A stretch of DNA of 64,000 nt, from positions 1 to 64,000 of the forward strand of contig JBHGNT010000033.1 of NCBI GenBank assembly GCA_043228905.1, read 5' to 3'. The notes beneath the pieces were generated by a model that did no database searches, was not told the DNA's origin, and saw nothing but the letters and a program-made list of their open reading frames with translations. Source of the stretch: Azolla caroliniana (lineage: Eukaryota > Plantae > Polypodiophyta). Position numbers and translations under genes: made by a program. Shown piece by piece: positions 41,001-52,599 of this stretch. Position 1 is the stretch's first letter. Every line of letters starts with the position of its first letter.

Positions 41001-44000
41001 ACAAAAGAGGAAATTGCTAAGAATTTGAGACCAGAGGATATTCATTGTGAGACCATTGGGGATGACCCTGAATTTTTGGAGTTCAGCACTTAAAAATAAA
41101 TATCACTCGCTTATGTGCATTGAATGCATGCTTGTCATTTCATACTTTTTCTCTATTGTTGATGAGTCTTGCACTCTTTCATCTGGGTACTTGGAAATAG
41201 GATATCAGTTACATGTATATTTGTTTTGTTTCTCACTTTCATTTTTTATTCAATAAATGTATGTTGAGGATCTCACAGTTCTTGGATTAGGTTTAGGTTC
41301 TCAAATGGTTTGGGTACTTGGAAATAGGATATCACTTACATGTATATTTGTTTTGTTTCTCACTTTCATTTTGTATTCTATAAATGTATGTTGAGGATCT
41401 CACAGTTCTTGGATTAGGCACTCAAATGGTGGCTTTTATAGCTTTTCATATTGGATCTCCCCATGATGGAGATATTTTGATGGCAGCAATTTCAGTTCCA
41501 GTGAGCAAACGGAAAATCTATTCGTGAACAACTACTCATGTTGGTTGAACTGAAGGTTTACGTAACTTGAGTTATAGAGAGAAACTTAAAGAGAATCAAT
41601 AATAATAATTAGATAGCTTTTTTGAGCTACAAAAAGTCTGACTTCAAGAATAAAGCATGTTAAAAGTCAACTTTAGTAAAGTACAAAGAAAAGGAATGGA
41701 TTCTATAACGTGCTTCCCTCAATAATAAATGTTTAAAGAGAATTTAGAATAACATATCCCAACAAACCCAAGGTTACATATATTCAAGCTGGGTGATTCT
41801 TTTTGCTACTCACATTTAAGAGTTAAAAAACATCTATAATCTTTGTTAGGTCTTATGGTAATTTAGAGATGTTAATGTAGCTTTTTATTCTTTTGTAAAA
41901 GGACCTGGCACATTGGCTCTTTTTATTATGTGCCATGCAGTGTTGATGGAAGTTTTTTGTCCAAGAAAGATCTTGACAAACTTTGTCACATTAGTTCTTA
42001 GGTGAGCACTTCAAGGTGAAATTTGCATCTTTTTTTTGTTTTAATGGATGTGTAGTTGCTATTCATACTAGGAAGTCTGTTATGGGTAAAACTAGTTGGT
42101 TCCCACATTCACAAGTCGGGGAATGGAACTTGGCAAGTCCAAGGGTAGGAAAGGGAGACAAAGGGACAGCCACAGAAATAGTGTAAATATGTATATATAT
42201 ATATATGAAAAGAACATAGAATAATATAGCCAAAAGATTAAGGCTATTGACTATTTGGGGAAAGGTGAAGATTTTGAACCTTGGCACATAGAAATAATCT
42301 ACCCTTTTGCGTCTCAATGAGAAAATGGGTAGGTGTGCATTTATAATGATGGGTGAGCCTCTCTCTCCTCTCACCATAAAATGGGAGTTTATTATTTTGG
42401 AGTTTTAGGAAGGAGTTTCATTTTCCTCCTCTTAGGAATTAGGGTTTGGGTATTTTTTTCTCTTGGTTTGTTTGGGTTATTCTGCTTCTTCACCATTTTA
42501 GGGATATTTTAGGGTTTCTCAGTGTTGAGTAAGAGTGTGAATATTGGGGCACATCTCTCGAACTTCTTCAAGGGTAGAGTTTAGAGTTTAGGGGCCATCT
42601 TCGTCTCCTTCTACTAAGCGTCAATTAGGGTTGTGAGAAAAGATATGTAGGGTTTCTTGCTTGGGAGAGGGTGCAAGAGGTGGAGAAAGGAGGTACTCAA
42701 AGAAGAATGGATAGCCACAATGGCAAATGGTGAAGTGCTGTTGTTTCTGAGCTTGGGCAACTGAAACTTGAAAATTTTCCAGTTCTTTTCCCTCCCTTTT
42801 GTAAACCCATCTTTGTTTGTGCCCTATGTCAAAGAGGTTCCATGTTCTTATCGAAAGCTAAATATCTGTTCTCCATCTAAATTTTGGTGTATGAGAAAGT
42901 TGTTAGTTTGAATCTTGGTTAGTTTCATCGGGTTACTGTGTTTGTTGACTGAGGCAGAGGGGTCGATTTGCGGGGTTCTTGTAGGAGAGTGCCAAGAAGG
43001 GTTTGAATTCACGAGTCCCTGTTGAATCCATGAGCAATAGTTCTAATCCACAAGTGCCCGTTGAATCCATGAGCACCCATTCATTGTGTGAGAGCCCATT
43101 CGATCCATGAACACCCATTGAACCCATGAAGAGGATTTACAAGAGCATTACACGAAGGAGGATTACATGAAGGCCAACACATGAAGGTTTCCAGGAGTTG
43201 CCATTGCAAATACGTCTCCAATGGCATCACATCCTAGTTCAAGTACTCTGTAGTTTTGCTCAAGTAGCACACGCATGCGGGTTTGTGCAACATTGTTCCC
43301 AAACATTAGTCTCTTTTCTCTTGTAGGCCTGCACTAGGCAGAAACGTCCAAGTGTTAGCACAATCTGAGATATGTTGGGCTCACCTGCACAATCTGTGCT
43401 AGAAGTTTATGCCCCAGCTGGGGTTGTAAGGCTTTGATACTCATTGGTCATTACCCCATAAGGTTCCAGTCTTGATTGCAGAAGATTGACTGCATTTTTG
43501 CATTAATTTGATCATGCTATAGACACATGCTGGATGTCAAGATGGTAATTGACAATTTGTTGCTGTGTTGGTGCTGGAAGGAGAACATTGTGCATATCCA
43601 TATGCATGCTAACACCACGTGCTAGGCATGGGTCGTTTAACCCTTCTTGGATGGGGACCTTGTTGTAGTCAATTTAAGATTCAAATCATGTACTTTGGTA
43701 CATGGTTATCATTCCCAACCAATTAGGCTATGTGTACTTTGAATGACCGCAAGGTTGCAACAAGGAGTGTGGAATAGTAAGGGTTTTTTTTTTTCTTTCT
43801 GTAGGTTCATAACTCTAGGTTTGTACTTGTCACAATATATGCATGCATAAGTACTCATTGCTCACTTTCAAGCTTTTTGTCAAAAGACCATTGCAAGACT
43901 GTTGGGGCATGATATGGCATTGGATCTATAGTCTATGATATTTTCCTGCAAATTGATTAGATGGCTTGATGGTGCAACATGATTAGTCCATGTGGTAGTA

Positions 44001-45498
44001 AAGTGTAAAGAAGTAGAAGATAGAATGACAGTTTTGTGAAAGTGGAAACTAAAAACAATAATGGGGTAAGCAGTTCTGCAAAACAAAAGTCCACCACTTA
44101 AAAAAATGTAGGAGTGCACACTCATATATATGTGTGTGCATGCACTATTCAAGATACATAGAATATGCTCTTAGAAGAAAGGCCATATTTCAACCCAGAA
44201 GTCACACCTTGTCACCGACCTTAATGTTGGATTACAACCCCACGAAAATCAGCCTTCTCATAATACTGTGTCTGAACCTTGGCAAGTCTGTGCGCTACGC
44301 AATGAGTCCCTGCTAGTGTCATGGCTCGCTCCTCCCCAGATTTGGAAGTGTTGAAATGGCTTACTGAAACATGTAGCATTAACTGATGAGGATGTTCACT
44401 GGTAGTTTGGAGTCGGAGGGTTCTCAAATAATAGGTGGTTGTTCGAGAGATTAGGGCTGTGAGGGGTGCCTTTTCATTTATTGGAGATATTTTCTTGGGA
44501 ATGTTTTGGTTTTGCCATCCTCCAGTAGAATGCAGATTATTCCTGAAAGTTGCTTTACATAAATAGAATGTAATAGCTATTCATTTTAGGAAAATGAAGC
44601 CCTACTTGAATGTTTTCCATTAGCCTGTTCTAGCTTTCACCGTCCTTGTTTTTTACAATGGAGGGAAGTCATATCCCTGTGGCAGAAACTTGTGACTTAG
44701 TTTAACCCGTTTTGAGTTCCTGCAGCCTGTGAAGCTGTATTGAAGCTGGATCTATTACAATGGGATGCATCAAACTTACCATTGCGAACAGGTTGTGTCG
44801 ACCGAGTTATATGTGATATGCCATTTGGGGTCCGTTGTGGTATGTGTTTTTTTTGTAAATAATTTTGGTTGACACACTTTATTAAACTATTTATCCGATA
44901 TATGGTGTGGTCTTTGCTGTTCAGGAACATCAAGATCTCGGGAATTGGTATGTCCCAAAGTTCTGAAAGAGGTAACCATGTTTTCTTCAGCAAACGCATC
45001 TTATTAATATGCAACATTGGCATAGAATTTATTGCTGAATCATGTACACTCCATGAACAGGTTGCACGAATCCTCCAACCTTGTACAGGTATCTTGTAAA
45101 TTTCATGTCCTCATAAGTGAAGATATAATAAAATTATGATACATCTCAAGTATGCTGCATCATATCTAGGTCACAATTATAAATTTTGGTCACAGCCCCA
45201 ATATGCATATTATATCGTAAATTAGAGTGGTGTAGGTATTGCCGTACTCTTGGGCCAAAGCAAAGCTGTCAAACATGAGATTGAGACAAAGCAAAAGCCA
45301 TTCCTTAACCTTCTACAAAACATCCCAATACAAATGCAGGTTAGTTTACAAACAACACTTGTTTGTGGCTTTCTATATTATAGTTTTTGTAACAGGAAAA
45401 AAGTTTACTGTATGCAGGGATTGCGCATAGAGATCCTTGTTGTTCAGCGAACTGCTGTATCTTACTGCGGTCCACTTTTTAACACTAATTCCAAATGA
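38075..45498 (+). CDS. THUMP-domain SAM-dependent RNA guanine-N2 methyltransferase (THUMPD2/THUMPD3/Trm14-like), many exons, about 3.9-kb intron at 40869-44725
   Basis: Spliced segments: SCPPGLEFALIAE/LKGL, LMKLRAADNIY, SFRVSCDR...HGFTSMEAA, LGGGIHERFGW, TSLKPSVANALL, VVLDPMCGCGTIPFE, WDASNLPLRTGCVDRVICDMPFG. Exons around 39.8-40.1 kb are uncertain. Confidence 0.85.
41184..41430. repeat. Tandem duplication of about 127 bp in the long THUMP intron
   Basis: TGGGTACTTGGAAATAGGATATCA...GGATTAGG occurs at 41184 and 41311. Confidence 0.9.
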
Positions 45499-46383
45499 AA
45501 CAATTGAATCACTTGAAAATGTACAGATGTCGAAATTCAGCTTATTCATTTGAGAGTCTGGTTGTCTTTTTCTTTTATTCATTATATAGCACAGAAATGA
45601 TTCATCTAAGGCTTCAGTTGAAGAGAGGAAATGGAATACCAGACTAAGCATATGATAAATTAGCTACTATGATATGATGGTCAGTTGTGAGTAAAGGACT
45701 AAGCATGAAATCTCACCATTGCCAAATCAAATCAGTGATCCATGTCAGAAATGGTATCAGACTAAGCTGATAAATTATTTAGTATGACATAATGATCAGT
45801 TCTGGTTGATTTGCATAATTGTAATCACTACATCTTTCTGGAATCTCACCATTGCCAAATCAAATCAGTGATCCATCTCAAAATCGGTTTTGTATTTCAT
45901 TATCATTCAAGGAGCCGAAGTTCTCTGAAATTCTAATGTTAAAAAACGTATGAAATTTCAATGTTTTCTGAAATTATAAAATTGTAGGAATGATATATTC
46001 AATATGTTGCATAATTTTAGTTGGTAAAAAGCCATACTTTGGGTGAAAATATGTAATCTCAAAAGTATACACTTGTTTTTTTCTTTATTGTGAAAATTTA
46101 CTGGAAAATGGTATGCACTTAAATGAACAATACAATTTTGATGCCAGGTATATGCAATTATAATTTTTTTTGTAATTGCATACCAATTTAAATCAAATTT
46201 TTTCTGATGGTTGTTACACATAAGCAAAGTCAAAATGGCTCACGTTTTTTTATACGCTTAGCTCATTGGGTTTTCAATGACTGCATCACATTCATCGGTT
46301 GATATAGAGATTGTGTTATTTCCAATGAAAAGCTTCTTGGAAGAAATATGTTCATTGGTGTTTGCATTAAGGTGTCAATGTTT

Positions 46384-46663
46384 GCTTTTCTTGGGAGTGT
46401 GGCGTGGGTTACTTCAGTGCCGTAGTGCCTAGTGCTCGGATGCTGGCTCGGGACATTTTCACTACCCCTCATTACCCTTGACGGGTCCATTAACTTTGCG
46501 TCCTTAAACTGATAACCATCTTTCGGCTAACCTAGCCTCCTCCGTCCCTTGGGACCAACAAGGGGCAGTACAGGAATATTAACCCGTTGTCCATCAACTA
46601 AGCCTTTCGGCCTGATCTTAGGCCCTGACTCACCCTCCGTGGACAAACCTTGCGGAGGAACCC
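46384..46663 (-). pseudogene. rrn23: Nuclear plastid DNA insertion (NUPT): about 280-bp fragment of plastid 23S rRNA
   Basis: The reverse complement reads GGGTTCCTCCGCAAGGTTTGTCCACGGAGGGTGAGTCAGGGCCTAAGATCAGGCCGAAAGGC...GGACGGAGGAGGCTAGGTTAGCCGAAAGATGGTTATC, which I recognise as chloroplast 23S rRNA sequence. Confidence 0.88.
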
Positions 46664-47955
46664 ACGTCATAAGGTGATACCCACCCAAGTTTCATGCAAT
46701 ACACAATTGGCATTGGAAAGGAAGAGTGCTGTTGTATGCATGGTGCATGTATATGCTGATACCCACGTTTCAAAGAAGAATATTTTAGTGTAGAGGGAAG
46801 GGAATATGTCCGTCAACCACCTCTAGAGTATTTTGAAGGAGCAATTCACAAATCTGACACAAAGCAACATTGCAAGAAAAGGTTATCCATAATATTTAAA
46901 CCCAAATCTAACTCATATAGCCTGGGAAGAATATAATGTCACATCCAAATAGTATTTTTAAGGATCAATTCTTGCTTCTAGCTACAAGTTATGACTGTCA
47001 ATTCCATTTCACAGTACGGTTGATATGTTATTGTTAGCTAGAATGCGATCAAGATTAAAGGACCAGAAGAATAAATAAAAAGATTTTCCAATATCATAAC
47101 TTGCAAACATACACTTCCATTTTGTATGTTGTGCCTCATACTCTTTAATCATCTCTGATAAAAAGCCTTCATGGTTCTTTGCAAATATATCACATGATCA
47201 TAAATGATTTGCTACAACTTTCTAATGCAGAAGTAGTGCCACAGTACAAGGACAACAAAAATGGCCACTGCAAATTACGCATCTGACAATTGAAGGCATT
47301 TTCAATTACAATTAAGGACAATACAATTGGCTACTGAAAATGTTCATTAAGGACATTACAATTTCATTCATCTTCAACCGTGAGGCATGATGGGAATATT
47401 AGGTATACAGTATGTTAACCATCATCAACTTGCTACACAAATGCAACCAAGCAAACAAACATTTAAATCATTACTCCATTCGTATGCTATCACTTCATAA
47501 AGACTGGAAAAACCCTTTGGAATGGACTCTCAATTGTTATCAATGAGTTCTTCACAATATATACATAAAACAAAGCAAACCTAATGTTGGCATCATGTGC
47601 AAAAGCTAATAAACGAATATTAAGCGTATATATGTTCTCTGTCTGTCTCTCTCTCTCTGGTTTCTTCGTATAAATCATGCCTCTCTTCTGTAAAACTACT
47701 ATCACCATCTCTCCTCAATCGCGACCTCGTCTTCAATTAGACCTTCGCCTGAAGTTTGTGTTGAGAGAACAGTAGTCGTAGCACTAGCCCTCAAATCTTT
47801 GTGGCCAATTGAAGATGTACATTGATTTTACCACTAATACTACCGCCATATCTCTACACCTGTATGTTGCTTTAACCAACTGTTTCAATTCAGCTTCAAT
47901 GTTGCTTCTTAGCAAACTTTGAATATTACTACTCCACAACTCTTTACTGAAACTA

Positions 47956-48882
47956 TCATTTTCTCTCCTTCAAAGAGACAGTATGACCAAATATTGACGT
48001 AGCAAATGACATTATTCTTGCTAAAATGCTAGAACTCACGTGTAGCAAAGAAACGAAACAGTTTCTACTCCACAGTGAAATTCCTCCGTTTGAGATTTGC
48101 ACACCTATGGAAAACGCTGTTCTAGCCAAACATCCAATGAAGAAGAGCGGGCTATAAAGTAGACATATACCAAAGGATGCGTCTATCAGAGGTCCAATTT
48201 CCATAGAGTTCATCGAGAAAACTTTAGCCATCAGGACTCCAAGCATCAATCCAAAAGCTAAAGTTTTCCAGTGGAAACTTGGAGAAGATGAATCGCGAGA
48301 AAGTTTGGTTTCATATGCGTCGGGGACTAAGAAACCATGTCTCCCTCCTCCTGAGGAGAGTTGATACATAATACTTGGCCAGTTCTTGCAGATTAATCTC
48401 AGAAGAGGCGAATAAGCCATGAAGACTTGAGCACAGAGGGTGAGAAGCGCATAGTCCCTTCTTTTTTTCATCATCTTCTTTGTTTCATCTTCCTCGGTTG
48501 TTGAGGTTACGAGAAGAGCCGAAGTGCTGAGAAAATCGGGTATAATGGAAGCAGCGCAAGAACTGAGAAAGCCAGGTAAGGCGAATCCTCTCCGAGAATC
48601 ATCAAGGATTCTAAGATGCCAGAACTTCCTCTGAAGAGAGGTCCATCCACGAGACGAATAGACCATGCCCCCCCGTCTTACAGTGAATAGCGGTGAATTA
48701 CAACCACAGACTTTTCTGATTCTCACGCCTTCAAAACAACCTCTTGACCACGGATCAAAGAAAGAGGAAGAGGGCGGGGATGCGAGAAGGCAAGACGTAT
48801 CAGAGATTGAGCAGTAGCAAAATTTGTGAGGTTGTTGTACATGGTGATGGGGGGCTAGGACGGAGAAGTAGGTCATAGCCAT
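47956..48882 (-). CDS. Unknown protein with a Ser/Arg-rich transit-peptide-like N-terminus and hydrophobic C-terminal segments
   Basis: Intronless open frame of about 1 kb. The first in-frame ATG is at 48882 (MAMTYFSV...; about 308 aa). No family recognised. Confidence 0.5.
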   Translation of the reverse strand: MAMTYFSVLAPHHHVQQPHKFCYCSISDTSCLLASPPSSSFFDPWSRGCFEGVRIRKVCGCNSPLFTVRRGGMVYSSRGWTSLQRKFWHLRILDDSRRGFALPGFLSSCAASIIPDFLSTSALLVTSTTEEDETKKMMKKRRDYALLTLCAQVFMAYSPLLRLICKNWPSIMYQLSSGGGRHGFLVPDAYETKLSRDSSSPSFHWKTLAFGLMLGVLMAKVFSMNSMEIGPLIDASFGICLLYSPLFFIGCLARTAFSIGVQISNGGISLWSRNCFVSLLHVSSSILARIMSFATSIFGHTVSLKERK

Positions 48883-49018
48883 GATCACATGTGCTGGTGT
48901 GTAGAGAGTAGAGACAGATCTGTGCAGACTGGAGGGAGTGCTGAAAGCTGCTAGGGTTTTTGGCACGGAAGCAGTGTCGCCGTTATCGCCGTCCAGAAAC
49001 AATGGTAAGAGTCCATAG

Positions 49019-49050
<32 letters not shown>

Positions 49051-50247
49051 AATGTTATGTTATGTTATGAATCATGAGTATGATTATGATATGTGTCGAT
49101 GAGGATGGTAATGGATAGGCGAGAGCCGAAAAGACCAAAATGGTATGCTAAGCAAGCAACCAAACATACAGGCAGACGGACAGACAGACACAGACAGAGA
49201 GAGAGCGAGATTGTTTGCCGCCAGCTTCTGTTTTCACTCATAACGGACCCATACATACATACATACACACACACATATGTATACGTTTTGGTTGTTTTTG
49301 AAAAAAAGATTGCGCGCGCACACACAAAATTTGTATGTGCATACATACACACGTGACACGTCCATACATGATGTATGTATCATATGTATATGTATCCTAT
49401 CTCGTCATCATGTATTGTACGTTATACGTATGTACATATATCCGATCCTTTATTTACATATGTACATACCCAGGTCAGGCCATATCATACGATCTTCTCT
49501 CTATGTGTGCCGGGCGGGAGTTCATAGAGCCATATCCTATGATGTTCTCTCAATCAATGAAGAGTTAAGAGCTATTGGTGTTCATTATAACACTTTACCC
49601 CCTACTTAATTATGTGTTAATTGAGTATTTATTATATGCTTACAAATATGTATGTGGACTAAGCCATGCTAATTGAGATCCACACTAAGCCTTGTTCTAA
49701 TGAACTAATGTCTTGGTTTGAACTGTTACTATGTTGATGGGAGATGAATCCTCTCTTCTATGGGAGTCCCCATGTTATTATTTGTTTCTCACTCATTCGT
49801 TAGTTGAAGCTGATCATTAGGCTATAAAGAACCCCATTCAACCCACTTATAACTTTGAAGTAGATTGGACCACATCAGTACACATTAAAATCACATTCTA
49901 AAAGATTGGTTTCCCTAAAAGCATCCATGAAAGTTTAATATGTTGAGTGACACCATTTGGTGCATAAATACCAATGTGTCTATGTTCGTTCTCCCTTCAT
50001 CATTGAGGTTAACCACTTTGGAAACCACAAGCTCTAACTTATCCCTCATAATAAGGCTCATGCCAAAATAATGCCCCTATTAACACCAACCTAACATACC
50101 AAGTGTTCTTCATGTTAAAAGGAAGAACCCTTGGTCCTTGCCATTCACTACTCCTTAGAATGCATCCACTTATAAATGAAAAGAGCGCTTGCTTTCTTGG
50201 GCCAAATTTGGCCGTACTCTCTCTCTCTCTCTTTCTCTCTCTCTCTT

Positions 50248-50499
50248 TGTGGTACATTCATTTGGCAAACAAGTGGTAGGTGAGCTAACATCATTAACAT
50301 GAACAAACAAACACGAATACCATAAACAACTAATTAGCATAGTGAAATCATCATGGGTATGTTTGTTTGTCTCTCTATGTGGTACATTCATTTGGCAAAC
50401 AAGTGGTAGGTGAGCTAACATCATTGACATGAATAAACCAACAAGAATACCATAAATAGCTAATTAGCGTAATGAAATCCTCGTGGGTATGTTTGTTTG
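50248..50499. repeat. Tandem duplication of about 130 bp following a (CT)n tract
   Basis: TGTGGTACATTCATTTGGCAAACAAGTGGTAGGTGAGC...GGGTATGTTTGTTTG is present twice. Confidence 0.88.
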
Positions 50500-52599
50500 G
50501 ACTGCCTTCATATATATTCCTCGTGGGTAAGTTTCAATAATAATGATGCTTGCAAGTGGCTTAATACTCTTCAATGCGGACACTCAAATATGACCTCTAA
50601 GATGCTTACATTGACAAGTAGAGACACTTCTCTTTTGGAGGGGAATAAGGTTTTAATACAATGTTGACACTAGATCTAAATATAAAATTAATCCTTTGAT
50701 ATGCTTGTACATTTTTTGCACGATTCAATCGTGTGCACAAGATAGCCCATATATGAACATGTAAGTCTAATATGCCTCTAAATTAAAAAAATCCTAAAAT
50801 AAAAGTGAAGGAATACAAATTGATATTGCCAGGAATGCTAATCTCAATGAAATATATTTTTCTAGAAAATAAAACAAAAAACTTTTCATAAAATGTATTT
50901 CTAAGGCCGAGATGGGCCGTAGTCCCTCTAAGAAGTTGGCGATGAAGAGGATCTTGCATGAATACACTCTCCTTGTCATGAACATAGGAAGAATACCTTT
51001 GTTGACCCTATTACAATGGTGAGGATTTGATGCCAAGTTAAACCCTAAGGTGTTGTTTCATGACCAATTGACATAGAGATATCTCCTCAAGGGACAAAGG
51101 TGCTTGCAAAACTCAAATGCAAGAGTGGTGCAATCAATTTTCCTTTCAGTCTAACTAGTTAGTTTGGTACTGCATGGAGATGATGAATTAAGAGCCCATA
51201 TCTTGAACTGTAAAATAGATCTCAAGAATTGCAATAGTTGAACACGACTTTATACAATTGGGAGATAAACCTCTAGCCTCTTGAGCAAAAATTCATTGAA
51301 AGGATGTGAAGTAGATGTGAACTATCAATACCCAAAGTTAAGACATAACAAGCGAAATGGCAATATGAAAACCCTCAAACCTAAATGTCTTGTCTAGTTC
51401 CCAACCTATAACCACATCTGGACCAAATTCCTCCCTTGCACATGCCTTCATGAAATCACACTCCTTATCTCACAAAACTCCTTCACCCTACTTGTCACTA
51501 CGATAAACAACTATTACCATGATATAGCTTGGTTTATTCCCATACACTCCATATTTCATTTACTCACATAACTTTGGTGGGTTATCATATGATATCACGA
51601 TTATAAGATTTAATCTCATGCCTCACTAGCCACTTTGGAGACATAACATAATTTTGATATTTTCTCTCTCTAAAAATTGGCATAGTTACAACTTACTACT
51701 TTGCTTGGATTTACCAACAATACACATCCTACGGAAAAGAATACGAGCCCATTCATGAAGTTGATGATCTCTTTAAAATATAAAAAATCCAAAACATGTC
51801 ATTTTGGTCCATGTGCAATATACTCAATATCCGTATGGTCCAACCAAAGGTTAAAATGCAAACCCAATTTCCTTATGGACGACAAGGAGGTCATTCATCC
51901 CAATGAACAAAACAATTTCAAAGGACAAAAACGTGGTATTGACACCCAACATACATCATAAGAATAAGTAACATGCATTCTAATGATGCAACCAATCAAA
52001 ATTGTGTAGCAAATACTTCACAAAAGAGAAACAATTACTAGGATATTCTGCTGAATAGTATGTGGTGGTTGCTGAGTTCTACTAAATGTTAAGCAGTAAC
52101 AATCACATCATAAAATCTATGTTCATCTGATGAAACAAGTTACATGTATGTAAGCTATAGAAACATCAAAGATATAATTAGGAAGCACTTAACATCATGA
52201 TTATGCTTCAAAGCTCTAAAACATCTCTAGTTATGAGTCCAAAATTTTGTTCACTTTAAACTCCTGCTGAGATTACAAACTGTGTTTGAACCTCCAACAA
52301 CTTCAAGATATATATTACAAAACTAAGTATATACTGTCTCCAAGTTTAGGGTTTAGAGTTTAGAGTTTCTGGTTTGGAATCATGATTCGGTTTTAGGATT
52401 GATGGTGAATGGGTAGTAATTGTATTTATGTTTACTTCTTTGGTTGATATCAACCAAGAATCCGTGCAAAATCACCTAAAACAACTTGGGAATTGTGTGA
52501 AACGATATACAATAATAGTATTGCCCAAACAACTAACCACAACACAGTACAAGTGAGAGAACCAAATTTGCACATGTGAACTCTTATGACATGGATTAC

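Noticed and set aside
44671-44710. ATATCCCT followed by TTTAAC as a U12-type intron
   Set aside because: The 5' consensus is imperfect and the spacing is too short. The flanking exons already join through a canonical GT-AG intron (40869-44725).
46384-46663. Functional rRNA gene
   Set aside because: It is only about 280 bp of a roughly 2.8-kb gene and is embedded in nuclear intergenic DNA.
49017-49500. ORFs in the AT/AC/ATGT-rich region
   Set aside because: They are simple-sequence-derived open frames with no sign of coding.
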